DNA of 64,000 nucleotides from Octopus sinensis (lineage: Eukaryota): assembly GCF_006345805.1 (NCBI RefSeq), contig NW_021833038.1:1-64000 (forward strand), given 5' to 3'. Both the position numbers and the translations under genes were made by a program. How positions within the stretch are numbered: the stretch's first letter is position 1; each line of letters begins with the position of its first letter. Below are positions 39,036-52,999 of this stretch, piece after piece. The notes under the pieces are model-generated. The model was not told where the DNA came from. It ran no database searches and saw only the letters and a program-made list of their open reading frames with translations.

Positions 39036-39250
39036 CAGTAATAAAATAATAATATAATAATAATCGTAATAATAATAATAATAGTAAAATAATAATAATA
39101 ATATAATAATAATAATATAATAATATAAGAAAGAAGAAGAAGAAGAAGAAGAAGAAGAAGAGAGAAGACTAAAGAAGAAGAAGAAGAAGAAGAAAAAAAG
39201 AAGAAGAAGAAAGGAAGAAAGAATAAGAAGAAGAAGAAGAAGAAGAAAGG

Positions 39251-39510
39251 AAAGTTGATAGATATGACAGGTTAGCTTGGGAGATTAAGCAATTGTGGCC
39301 GATGAAAAAGGTGGTAGTAGTACCAATAATTGTCGGAACCTTGGGAACGGTGAGTAAAAATATTGAGAAGTACTTGGAACAAATAGAGGCTGCAATAAGG
39401 GCGGAGCACTTGCAGAAAACAGTACTGCTTAGAATTGCTCGAATACTCCGGAAAGTGCTCGAAAATTAAGCGGTGTTACTTTAGTTCACTGGTAGTGAAC
39501 TAAGGTAATA
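39251..39510 (+). pseudogene. R4/Dong-clade LINE 3' end (different family)
   Basis: 39251-39469 is open: KVDRYDRLAWEIKQLWPMKKVVVVPIIVGTLGTV...LQKTVLLRIARILRKVLEN*; (TAA)n tail. Confidence 0.85.
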
Positions 39511-39519
39511 ATAATAATA

Positions 39520-39596
<77 letters not shown>

Positions 39597-40227
39597 CGTA
39601 ACAATAATGACAACAGTAAAACAAAAATAACAACAATAGCAACCAAATTCGTTTTCAAGGGTGGGCGGAGCAGAAGCAGAATTTTTCGGATTTCGGTGCT
39701 TGCAGATGATAGAAAACTTTGCTGATTTGTCAGACTTTAACAAGTTAACCTCAACAGAGAGTATTTAACATCAGATTTGTATTCCTGAAAAGCTAAAAGA
39801 CATGTTGTTCTTATCTTTGGAATAATCTCCACGAAGAATCTCAGGAGACGCTGCTGTAGGAAGCAAAAAACACCCTTTTAACTGCTTTGTTGCAAAAGAT
39901 CTCGATTGTATTGTTTAAATGTATTTCCTATTTACAAGTGTTGTTTAGAAAAATGAAGCTGTCATCGAAACAGATGGTATTTCCATTCTATACATACATA
40001 CATGCATACGCCCATGCATACATGCATACGCCCATGCATACATGCATACATAAATGCATACATAGAAATGTACATACACACACATATCCATACATATGCA
40101 TATATAGCCTTACACAGAGATATATATGTGTATGTAAATGTGTTTGTGTATTACTATACAAACACAGACACATCTATATATCCATTTACTTATATACTCA
40201 CACACACCATATATATATACATATTAC

Positions 40228-40299
<72 letters not shown>

Positions 40300-41360
40300 G
40301 TATATGTATGTATGTATATATGTATATATGTATATATATAGATAGGTAGGTGGGTAGGTAGATAGATAGATAGACAGATAGATAGATAGATAGATATATA
40401 TATATATATAGACAGATAGATAGATAGATAGATATGTATATGCGCGCGTGCGACGTGTGTGTGAGTGTGAGTGTGTGTGTATGTGTGTGTATGTGTATGT
40501 GTGTGTGTGCATAGTGATGGACACATAGACAGACAGAGATCCCTACGCTTGAGTTCTATTTCAGCAGAAGTTACTTAAAGCATTCTGTGCTTTGTAACGA
40601 TGGCAATGATGATGATGATGAGGAGGAGGAGGAGGACGGTGGTGGTCGTCGTCGTCGTCGTCGTCGTCGTAGTGGAGATGGTTGTCGAGCAGTGGGGTTG
40701 GGGTTGAGGTGTCGGTGGCGGTGACCTTCTTGTGACCAGAAAAAAACGCTAACTGAAAGGGAACTATGCTAAAAGACATTCCATACGTGACCATCCGTTT
40801 TATTCAAGGTTGTGTAGGTCAACATCGTATAACCCGCTCTCAGCCCATATAAGTTGCTTCGGCGTAATTCGAGGGATGCTTCACTGACATTTCTAGGAGG
40901 TCAAACGTTTAGCTTCTCTTATACGACTGACGTGGGAAGCAGGCGCCTGGTGGCGTCTTATTTGCTCTTCAATATCGTATTCATAGCTGCATCGAGTAAT
41001 GGATTGGTTCGTCAAATGAAAGGTGGCAGACGAGAGAGTTCCTAAAGCGCAAAAGAAATGGAAACGTCGTGGAAGGAAGTCAAAGAGCAAACCGAAGACG
41101 GAAGACAAAAGGAGAAGAAAGAAAAGAAGAAGAAAGAGAAGAAGAAGAAGAAGAAGAAGAAGAAGAAGAAGAAGAAGAAGAAGAAGAAGAAGAAGAAGAA
41201 GAAGAAGAAGAAGAAGAAGAAGGAATAGAAGAAGAAAAAGAAGAAAAGAAGAAAGTTGAACAGACGAAATCTGAACCAGAGAAGAAACCGTCGAAAGAAA
41301 AGAAGCAAGAGAAAAATAAATTCCGCCCCACACACACACACGTACACGCCGCCAACACCA

Positions 41361-41392
<32 letters not shown>

Positions 41393-41759
41393 CCAAAAAC
41401 ATCATCAACACCACCACCATCAACACCACCACCAACACCACCAAAACGTTGAATCTAACTTTCTTTCCCTATACCACAAAAAATCTCTTTTTAGCTGCAA
41501 AACTCAAAAACACAGATTCTAAAACCTTTTTCTATAAAAAATACCCAAAGCAACGTGTAACTCATTTTTCCTTGTTCGCTTCCATTCTTCTCACCTTTTT
41601 TTTTTTAAATATGGTTATATAATTTACATGAATGTATGTATGTATGTATGTATGTATGTATGTATGTATGTATGTGTGTGTATGTATGTATGTATGTATG
41701 TATGTATGTGTGTGTATGTATGTATGCCTATATGTTGTATGTATGTATGTATGTATGTA

Positions 41760-41790
<31 letters not shown>

Positions 41791-42172
41791 ATGTATGTAT
41801 GTGTGTGTATGTATGTATGCATACTGAAGTCACCGTGAGAATGCGTATACCAATATAATTTCAGTAGAACTGTCATACAAAAAACATTTGTTCTGTGAAA
41901 ACGCACTTTTTTGTAAAAGAATATATATATCCACATAAACACAGACAGACAGACAGACAGACAGACAGGCAGACAGACAGACAGACAGACAGACAGATAG
42001 ATATATATACAAGTACAAATGTGTGTGTATATATACATATATATATATGTATGTATGCACCAGTATGTTAGACAGATAGACACACATACAATCACATATA
42101 CACAAACGTACATACATACATGTATACATACATACATACGTATATACGTACGTACATAGATACATACATACA

Positions 42173-42204
<32 letters not shown>

Positions 42205-42746
42205 ACACCATAAAGTTACGAGCTACGAGAGGCGAATATATTTTTTTATGAAACAACGTTACTTCCATCGGATTACGTTTGTTTCGTAACCATTCTGATA
42301 TAGTCGTTATTTCTGTGCGCTCCGGCAATCTGAGGAGCTAGCTTTCTTTATATCAATTGATGAATATACATCAGTATGGCTTAATGCTCAGCATTCATTT
42401 TCATGTAAACGTATACGCATAATTTCTTCTATGCTGAAATGCATATTACGCGAAGATTCTTGCGAAACGTTCGTGGGCCTATGGAAGTCACGTGATTAAA
42501 GAAATACATGTTCATCTATCACACTTCCTGGTTTTATGGTTTTATTTACTACTCAGGAAATATTTTTATCAATCGGATGTTCTGGATTTTCAGTTACACG
42601 GACACTTTACATTACACATCTCTATAACTGTTTGTAATGTGGGCTGATAGCCGAATCCGTAAGAGGAGCTTCCTGTGATGGGCGTACTATTCTCTGAAAA
42701 CACACTTTGTACTACTCCTGTACATACACACATACAAGCATACATG

Positions 42747-42789
<43 letters not shown>

Positions 42790-42894
42790 CGCGTAATGAA
42801 ATTAAGAAGACGAAGAATGAATTTAAAGCAACAGTTGTTTGTAAATCCCTCCATTTCTAATCCTATTGTATGAAAGTGAAGCATTTGCTTTCCA

Positions 42895-43478
42895 CCCGGC
42901 CAGTTGCCGGGTGGGTCCTTAGAACTTACAGAACAAGGGATCAGGAAACCTCGACAGTCCTTTGCAGGACATTTGTCCTCGGCCGCTTAAATTGCGGCTC
43001 CCAATTATGGTCACCACACGGTGTAAAATTACCGCCAGAACTCGAAGCAATCCCGTCAAGTTACACAAAGACCGTCTCAATACAACATGTCAGCTTTTTG
43101 GAAAAACTGGGACAGTCAAGACAGAACGACGAAGATTATCAGTGAAATACATCTTGAAAAGTGACACGAACAACAGAACTGAATAATGCCAAAGTTCCCA
43201 ACATCGCCATCAAGATACAGGATACGTTTCAAGGGACCACAGCTCCTCAATAATTCATCCCCACCCCCAAAAAACCTGAGAGACTTACATGGGGTGGATG
43301 TAGGTGTCTTGAAAAAAAAAACTGGATCTCCTCCTTTCAAAGCCTACCTCGCAGTAGGAAAGGCATCTGAGGGCAACGACATCAAATTCCCTCGTTCACC
43401 AAATTCTCCATACAGCAGGAGGAGTCAACTAACGCAGGTGCCCCAGCATGGCCGCACCTCACGAGCTGAAAACTAGTT
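42895..43478 (+). pseudogene. CR1/L2-group LINE 3' remnant
   Basis: AGWVLRTYRTRD...CGSQLWSPH, FKGPQL...KNLRDLHGVDVGV; 3' terminus GTGCCCCAGCATGGCCGCACCTCACGAGCTGAAAACTAG. Confidence 0.8.
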
Positions 43479-43784
43479 AACGAAATATAGAGTTAGATAA
43501 GTACACATTCACGTGTGCATACGTATTCTATGCGATATATAGATAAGGTTTTTATAGCAAGCTGTGCGAATGCGCATGTGTGTATGTATTAAGCGTAAAT
43601 ATACACGTAGCCATACATGTCAGCGGTTTGCTCACAAAAACTGAACACGTTTGTACAGAAAACACGCCAGCATTTTCTCACAGACACAAATACAGATCAC
43701 TGCAGATGCTTTATCTATGAATCCATTTTTGCATATATGCATTAGATACACACACACACATGCATATATACATATGTATGTATG

Positions 43785-43818
<34 letters not shown>

Positions 43819-43840
43819 TGTATGTATGTATGTATGTATG

Positions 43841-43872
<32 letters not shown>

Positions 43873-44733
43873 TGTATGTATGTATGTATGTATGTATGTA
43901 CGAATTAATGTATACGTGTGTACATGCAGAATATTGGTTTCTGCATAAACTTGAATGTGTGTTTATACAACACTCTCATATGTGTGTGTGTGTGTGTACT
44001 ATATATTATATTATATTTTATACAGTGAATATGAATATTTGTGTGTATGTGTGTCTCTGTTTGTATATATGTGTCTATGTACGTGCATATATATGTATGT
44101 ATGTGTATGTGTGTAAGTATGCATTTATGTGTGTGTGTTGTATGTACGTATTTTTGTTTTTGTTTTGTTGTTTTTTTTTGGTTTTTTTGTCTGCCATAAA
44201 GCAACTGGCAACGTTTAAAGAGAATCCAAAACAGTTAAATTCACGTAAATATTCTGGAATCTTCTCATGAAAAGATCTGATCAAAGCAACAACATATGCT
44301 TCGGTTTCTCTATCGGGTTTTTAGCTGTGAGAAAGTACTCAATACACTCGCACTCACATACATGCACACCAACAAAAACACACACTCACGTACACACGCG
44401 TGCACACAGTGCCAAATATAAACACACACTTACACACAATATATTTGAAATTTGTATGTTTTTCTTTTTTGTTTATATTTGTTTTTAATTTCTTTTCAAT
44501 ATTTTCAGAAGACGGTGAGAATGCCAAGATAAAATCCCTTGCAGTAATCCTTACGGCCCACTGCGTTATGAGTTCAAATCCCTCTGAAGTTGATTTTGTT
44601 TCGCATCCCTTTGGGGACGATAAATTAAGTACCACTAAGGCGATAACGAGTTTCCTCTCTCATCTCTAACACACTTTCTCGTTCTGTCTCTGCCTTTACC
44701 TTTCTCTGTCTTTCTCCCACCTGGCTTTCCCCC

Positions 44734-44840
<107 letters not shown>

Positions 44841-47153
44841 GATAAAAGGGAATCGTAGAGAACGTCACTTCTGCGACTCTATATCCAGAAATGGACTGCG
44901 GTTGGCTGAAGAGCTAACAAGGTCGTCCCATAGATACATATATATATATAAGAGAGAGGGGGACACAGAGGGACGATAGAAGTGAGAGAGAGGGGGAAAG
45001 AGAGAAAGAAATAGGAAAAGAGGGAGAGAGCGGTTGTGAGGGAGAGGTAGTACAGGAGTGAGAATTAGTGGAAGATAAGGGAGAGAAAGGGTTTGTATAA
45101 TGGAGAGAGAAGCGTGTAGATGAGAGAAAGAGTGAGTGAGAGGGGGAGCAAAAGGGTAGATGAGGGAGTGTGTATAAGGATGTGTGACCATGAGAGAGAG
45201 ACAGACAGACAGAAAGAGGAAAGGGTTTATGTGTGTGTGTAAGAGAGAGGGGGTTGAGAGGCGCTGGAAGAAGATGGTGATGAAGAAAGACAGTTAGTAT
45301 GATAGAGAAGATCATAGATGAGAGAGAGAGAGAGAGAGAGAGATGGTAGATGAAAGAGAGAATGTGAGAAAGTATGTGTGAGAGACAGAGAGAGATATAG
45401 AAAAGATGGTTGACGAAAGAGCGAGATTGTGTTTGTTTGAGGGAGAGAGAGAGAGAGAGAGAGTAAGAGAGTGTTAGAGAGAGTTAAAGAGAGAGTGAGT
45501 GAGAAAATGAGGTAGAGAGAGAGAGATAGAAGCTCTGTAGGCAACAGCGGTAAATATTGACAGTTTTGCTGACGTATATTGCTGGCAGCAATGATGAAGA
45601 ATGACTAAAACCAATTAATTAACAGGTAGAAACAGCTGATAGAAAGATAATTAGCAATTAGGCAGGTAGGTGAAAGGTAAAGTTGGGTTGGTAAATAGAG
45701 GATCTACGTTTCATTCGACAGATTGAGGTTACAGGTTCGAAATATTCCCACGGCTATGGGCACATCTTCATTTATGGGATTTAACTGCTAGAAATAGCAG
45801 CCAAATATCTGTCAAACCACAATCTACTGCTTAAAGAGTAAGGAAAACATGCTAGTTATCGCGGCCGAATAATCCATAAATCACAACGTACTGTTTAGAA
45901 GAGACAAGTAAGATATAACGACCAAATATCCATCAAAACCTAGTTTAGTGTTCTGGAGAGAGCGATACATGTTAGATATAGTAACCATAAACCCTCAAAT
46001 CACAGGCTACCATCTTAGATTTTAGTGTTGAAAAGATTCTGTATAAATAGCACAAAATGATTCAGTTTATGTAGAGACATAGAGAAACTTATTTTGGAAA
46101 AGATTCATGAAATTATCTAAAAAGAAGAAATCTGAGCTTTTTACTAAATGTCGCCACTTCGAAAAATACTAGCGGAGATTTTAAAAATTGAACCGCCAAC
46201 ACTTTAAACTTATAGCATGAAACCAGCAAACAAATTCTTTCTTTTATCTGTATTTATTATCAATATTATTATCTATATTATCTGTATTTATTATCTATAT
46301 TTATTATCACTGTTAGTTGGCGCAATATATGTTAATATATTCTGGAAGTTAACACCAGCTGCGGTTAAACAAAAAGACTCGCTCAATTTATCTGGTTACT
46401 TCTGTCATTCATTTATTAGATAGATTTATCACGTTAATCTCAATTAATAACAACTCATTGGTCATTTTTTTAATCCTTCGACACACTCATGAAAGCTTTT
46501 GAAGATTTTGTTTGTTAAATTGATTCTATTTCCCATATTGATATTAACGTAAATAGGCAAAAGGCCGGCCATCATGTTGCCATCAAGAAAGCATCTCCCT
46601 AGTTACATATAATCATATAGAGTGGTGCCTCCGACATTCACTCGCATCCGACCATGAATGTTACATATGAGTAACACTCTCCATGCGTGAAAGTCAGGTA
46701 CGGCACTTTTTGTTGATTGCAAGGGTGTATAAACAACCATTACATAATTATATGTATATGGTTGTTGTCTACGCGTTGGACGAGTAGAACCATCTCTGGC
46801 GGTAAAGCCAGCTGTGCCCGTTCAAGGGTTTTTAGGTCGAGTGCGGCTTGAGCAACACCACGTCAACTCTCTCTAGCAACACCAAGAAATCCCAAAACAA
46901 GCAAAATGCAAGATGTCCGGCGCAGAAGAGTTAGCATTCTTCTAGAGAAAGACCAGCGGTTCCTCTTTCCCAGTGGGCTTACGGCGCCCTCGGCTGCCAA
47001 CCCAGACATTCCTACATCTCGGCGCACATATGTACGTACATACATACATACATACTTACATACATACATACATACACATACATACATACTCCGTGTATGT
47101 GTGTGTGAGTGAGTTCGCGCATAAAATACTGAAAATTCAATTTATGCAAGGGT

Positions 47154-47184
<31 letters not shown>

Positions 47185-47255
47185 AAGTGTGTACATATAT
47201 AAATGTATGTATTTACATATACATAAATACATATATACATGTGTGTGTAGATATA

Positions 47256-47311
<56 letters not shown>

Positions 47312-47349
47312 CATATATATACATACATACATGCATATACATATATATA

Positions 47350-47400
<51 letters not shown>

Positions 47401-47486
47401 AGGGAGAGAGAAGGAGTTTTATATATAAATATTGAATGATAGATATAGATACATAACACATACCATAAATATTCACATATATTTAT

Positions 47487-47547
<61 letters not shown>

Positions 47548-47649
47548 TACACACGAACACACATAAGCTTACACATTACACACATTCATGCACACAGACG
47601 AGGTCGTATGAACTCTCTCTCTCTCTCTCTCTTTCTCTTTCTCTTTCTT

Positions 47650-47681
<32 letters not shown>

Positions 47682-47861
47682 GCACACACACACACACAAG
47701 AACATTGATACGTAAGATTTGCCTGAATTTCGTTAATTAGGGAAATGGAGAAATTTCCCTCTCCAATTTTTTCAACCAAATCGAAGCAGATCTTCGGAGA
47801 ATATGAACTTGAAGAATAACAGATAAAAAAGATCTTTACGTATTCTTCTTCTTCAACTCAC

Positions 47862-47931
<70 letters not shown>

Positions 47932-47982
47932 CTTCTCATCATATTTCTTTATACAGCTTTCTTTCTTCTCCGTGTGTCTTAC

Positions 47983-48039
47983 CTTCTGCAACAATATGGC
48001 GTCTATCATCTCCCCCCCTCCCTCCGTTGACACGTAAAA
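47983..48039 (-). other. Candidate 57-bp exon (FYVSTEGGGEMIDAILLQK)
   Basis: Acceptor CTCTCCCACAG, donor AAG/GTAAGA, length a multiple of 3 and open; no homology recognised. Confidence 0.25.
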
Positions 48040-48343
48040 CTGTGGGAGAGCTATTTTTTTTATTATTTTTTTTAGCTCGTTAATGTTATATATGTGTATA
48101 ACCCTTGCATATTGGTTTTGTAGCTGGTGCTGGGGGGTTAGTGTTGCTGTTGCTGGTGTTGTAGTTGGTACTGTTTTTGTTCCGGTATGTTTCGCTACAT
48201 TTCGCTACTTTTGGAGGGAGAACATATTTTCCGCTTGTTTCCCATCCTGCATCACGATCCGTCCATACTGTTCGTTGTGGTGAGATGCGTGTATATGTGT
48301 ATGCATGGTGAGGTGTGTATGTATGTATGTATGTATGTTTGTG

Positions 48344-48379
<36 letters not shown>

Positions 48380-48709
48380 GATGTATCTGTAGCTATCTAT
48401 ATGTGTGTACGCAGGGGGCATGTTGTGTGCTCTCTCTCTCTCTCCCTCTCTCTCTCTCTCCCTCTCTGTTCTGTGCGTGTGTGCGTGTGTGTACGTGAGT
48501 GTGAATATGATGCGTGTATGTTAGGTGAGTGTGTCCATCTGTAATTCTATAAACACAAGCGCGCGTGTGTGCGCGCGTGTGTGTGCGTGCGTGCGTGAAT
48601 GTGTGTGTGTGTTTGTGTGTGGATTCTGCTGCTGAAAAGGATTACATCTTGGCATTTTTAATACGGATCAAAGGAAGCTGCATTATGAAAGAGCATTTCT
48701 CCCTCTCCG

Positions 48710-48788
<79 letters not shown>

Positions 48789-49150
48789 ATCTATCTGTTT
48801 ATATATCTATCTATCTATCTATCTTATCTATTTCTGTCTCTCTCATCTCTCCCTCACTATCTTTCTCACTTTATCTCTGTATTCCATTCTCTTTTTCTTT
48901 CTCTTCATATATATAATTATGTGTGTGTGTGTGTGTGTGTGTGATCAATCGTTAATCCACCGTTTGAATACACACAAACACACACACATGCACAAATATA
49001 TATATAATATATATATATAATATATATATGCAAACAAATATATTTAATACATTTATATATAAATGTATATTTGCCCACGTGTGTGTGTGTGTGTGTGTAC
49101 GTGTGTGTGTGTGTGTATGTGTGTGTGTGCGTGTTTGTGTATGTGTACGC

Positions 49151-49182
<32 letters not shown>

Positions 49183-49377
49183 GTGTTCATATATCTGTGT
49201 GCACGTTTGCATGCATGATAAGTGAGAGCCTGAATGCGAGGCTTTACGGAAACGAAACAAAAGATAATCACCGCGAGGAAGAGAGGCAAGTGAGGGCGAG
49301 AGCGAGAGGGAGAGGAAGAGGAGATTGATAGAAGACACAGCCCCAATATCTGACTGGTATTGACAGTATTTATTTAC

Positions 49378-49655
49378 GACAGCATATGGCGTGGTGGTTA
49401 AGAGCGCGGGCTACTAACCCCAAGATTCCGAGTTCGATTCCAGGCAGTGACCCGAATAATAATAATAATAATAGTAATAATAATAATAATAACAACAACA
49501 ACATCGAAAAATGCGATAGGAATGAGAACCCAGGTTCGAAATTTCCCAAAGGCACCTGATGAAGGCTGGAGGGTATATCAGCCGAAACATTGTTCACAAC
49601 AAACAAGATGGGGACAAATATCCACCAAATGTAAATAATGTAAATAATCTAAATA
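49378..49655 (+). mobile_element. tRNA-headed SINE-like element carrying a hammerhead core
   Basis: A-box TGGCGTGGTGG, B-box GAGTTCGATTCC, (AAT)n linker, CTGATGA-A-GGCTG..CAGCC-GAAAC at 49556-49588, (TGTAAATAA)n-like tail. Confidence 0.7.
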
Positions 49656-49874
49656 ATTCCTCGTCTCTTAAATATAGAAGCTGACCTTGAGTTTATTTGA
49701 ACTTAAGATGCTGAGGTCCAGAATAATCATGTAAGATATCTTTACCCGATGCTCCACTGACTCGACCAGTTACGCCGTCTCCCCTTATTTCACTGATTTA
49801 GCCATTAGCCTTTCTTTCCGAATTTTGGTGGCGAGGACAAGCGGCTTTTGAGAGAAACCCTTAAAGCATTAGAC

Positions 49875-50305
49875 CAGAGGCTCTCAGCTGGGGTTCCTAT
49901 CATCCCTGGGAATCCATATAAGGTCTTTGGGGGTCCACACAAGCAAAATAATCGTATTTTAAGGTTCCATGAAAACATTTTCGTTTCAGATATAAATTAA
50001 AGTGTTGGGGAGAATTCCAAGTCATATATTTATCTAGGAATGTAGCTTTTAAAGAAAGCAATCAGTCTGCCAAAGCATATCTTTAAACAGCCAGATTTCT
50101 TTCACTGACATTTTACATAGTTCCCCGTGTTTCTGGCCACTGAAATATGTTCTCTCAGAGCGTGCTGTTGTAAACCTACGAAAGTGAATCGATGAAAAGC
50201 AAAACAGGAATTTTGAAAGAAGAATCAATAAAACAAGTTTTTAAACTTCCAGTGGTTTTCAGTTCCAAGGGTGTCTACAGATCCAATCATAGTTGAGAAC
50301 CACTA
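49875..50305. mobile_element. hAT MITE, 431 bp
   Basis: TIRs CAGAGGCTCTCAGCT / AGTTGAGAACCACTA; degenerate 8-bp TSD CATTAGAC / CATTGGAT. Confidence 0.7.
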
Positions 50306-51007
50306 CATTGGATGCTATTTTCTCCGTCTGTCGGCGCGCTGAGTTCAAATCATGATATTACCTTCTAGGGCGGAACACTCAAACCGTCCCCTGCTTTAAC
50401 ATCACCGCCTCTTCAACCACGACCACCTCTTTGGACCTTGGGTGATTTTACTTAAGTCATTTCTGTTGCAGTCTTTTCATGTCTGCTGTCTGGTTTTTCT
50501 CACTCCTCTCTTTCCTTCTCTCCTTCCTCCTCCCTTATTCTTTCAATCCCCACCAACACACCCTGGTATCGTAGACTCTGAAATGTGTCATGGCTACCAG
50601 CCTCACTCCCGATTAACCCATAAAGATTATCATTCAATGTGTCCTTCCTGTTTTTTACTACATTATGAGGGACGCAAATTCAGGGACGTTTGGCTATTAT
50701 TTCTAGCAGACTGATCTACCTAGCAGAAGATCAGCCATGTAGCAGAGTCACTGACCTTTAGTCCTCAACGCCTTGGTAGAGAAGACATAAAATCAAAGTC
50801 AGCCCGGCCGTGACCAACTCGATTTTTGCCTATAAGCAGGGAACTTAGAACTACATTATCCAATTATTTCTTTTCCATTTCTAAAACGGCGTGGAGTGAT
50901 TCCGAAGGCAGGGCTCCTCAAACTGTTTCACTCCTCGTGTCTCTCCTTTTTCTAACACTTTTTCAAATCCGTCATATTACGATTCAACGCTAATAAGATC
51001 ACCCCAC

Positions 51008-51200
51008 TGGTTGCGGATCCGTGGAATAAGCTGCCGGACGAGATAGTGAAGATGCCGACCACCGCTCGGTTCAAAGTCTCCCTTGAACACAAGTGGCCTG
51101 AACTCTTTACATGAACACCACCCTGTACATAACTCCATGTCCCCCTACATGGCCTTGCTTTTCGCTTTTTGAGCCCAAAAATTAACTAACTAACTAACTA
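51008..51200 (+). pseudogene. CR1-clade LINE extreme 3' end
   Basis: VADPWNKLPDEIVKMPTTARFKVSLEHKWPELFT*, then 3' UTR and (CTAA)n tail. Confidence 0.75.
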
Positions 51201-51439
51201 TTGTATGCACATACCAATAATATTACCTAGAGTAATTCAGTCACGGGTATCCGGGTACTAGTTTCAGACGAGTGTCTACTTATCATAGAAATAACTTATT
51301 ACAAGCGGATACTAAGACCATGGGTGGTATTTATTCGGTTTTTATTTTCTTATTTCACAAATTAAAGCAGATTATTATAGTTGAAGTCGTTGTTCTTCTT
51401 GTAATTGTAGCTAAAAAAAAGGCAGTTATAATATGACCA

Positions 51440-51829
51440 GTGCATGTGTGGCTGCGTGGTAAGTAGCTTGCTTACGAACCACGTGGTTCCGGGTTCAGTT
51501 CAACAGCGTGGTACCTTGGATAAGTGTCTTCTACTATAGCCTCGGGCCGACCAAAGCCTTGTGAGTGGATTTCGTAGATGGAAACTGAAAAGAAACCCAT
51601 CATATATATGTATATATATGTGTGTGTGTTTGTGTGTCTGTGTTTGTCTCCCCAACATCGCTTGACAACCGATGCAGGTGTGTTTACGTCCCCGTAACCT
51701 AGCGGTTCGACAAAAGAGACCGATAGAATAAGTACTAGGCTTACAAGGTATAAGTCCTGGAGTCGATTTGCTCGACTAAACGCAGTGTTCTAGCATGACC
51801 GCAGTCAAATGACTGAAACAAGTAAAAGA
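51440..51829 (+). mobile_element. SINE family B (further partial copies at 52095-52305 and 54530-54665)
   Basis: Matches the 34462 copy. Confidence 0.9.
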
Positions 51830-52963
51830 ATGTATATATGTATGTAAATGAAAAAATGTATAAACAAACGACGTAATATATACTAAATGTAAAAGCGAAC
51901 TGGAGACAAACAGGAGATCCAATATTCTTCATCAGTTATCGACTAAGTGGTACTGTTCAGTCTCGCACCTTTAACGATAAGACTGAATGCTTCTCAATTG
52001 GCGGTGCACGCAAAAAACAAAGAGTTTTCTTGCGTAGAATTAGGGTGAAGAGCAAACGAAACGAGCAAAAGGACACAGAGTGTGATTTAAGACGGCCATG
52101 TGTGCATATATGTGTGACTTTGTGTTTGTCCGCCACCACCGCTTGGCCATCAGCACTTGTGCGTTTACGTTCCCGTAACCTAGCGGTTGGAGAAAAAGAG
52201 AATGATATAATAAGTATCAGGCTGGGTTCGATTCATTCGACTACAAATTCCTCTAGGTGGTGCCCCCAGCACGGCCGCAGATTACTGAGTGAAACAAGTG
52301 AAATATAGAAGTGTTTTTTTAATTTAATACTGAAACTAAAATAGAAAATTAAATGACTGTACAGACACATCTCCCCCAAACCTTATTGCTTTCTTTTCCC
52401 GCAGGACCCATAAATATCTTTTTCCACCAAACCCCAGGAGGCACTTACGCCAACTTTGCGAAGATCTCACGTAGCAGCTCCTATAAACGGCACAATTTAT
52501 ATCCAGCGGATATAAAATAATTTACTAGTCAGATTGTTTTATCCGGGTGATAAATATCAGAGTATACTTATCCCAGATGTACACCGTCACCGATACTTTA
52601 TGAAGGTGATGCAGTGGGATGGAGGTGGGGGGGCTACAAATACAGAAAGATTTATTATTCTATTCTAAGAAATTACATTTACCACTTTTATTTCTATAAA
52701 TTTGATGTATTTTTTATTATGTATTTTATTTTCGCGTTGCATTTGTTGTTTTCATTCGCTTTTTTTTTTCAGGAATTTGTTGCTGTTTTTTTCTTTCATA
52801 TTTTTGTTTTATTTTTTATTGTTTTATTCTTTTTGTTTAATTTCTTTTTGTTTGTTTTTCACTGTTTGGTGAAAATCATGTTAAGGGATTGTAGTCAAGT
52901 CACGTGCATATGTGTGTTTGTGTGTTTGTGTCTGTGTCTGGATGTATATATATATATATAATA

Positions 52964-52999
<36 letters not shown>

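Noticed and set aside
46560-47030. L1/Tx1 endonuclease remnant (DVVLLKPH on the minus strand)
   Set aside because: Only a faint resemblance to DVVLLQETH, with many stops; not supportable by eye
49378-49452. Functional tRNA-Ser(ACT) gene
   Set aside because: Acceptor, anticodon and T stems pair poorly, and the sequence continues as a repeat body; treated as a SINE head
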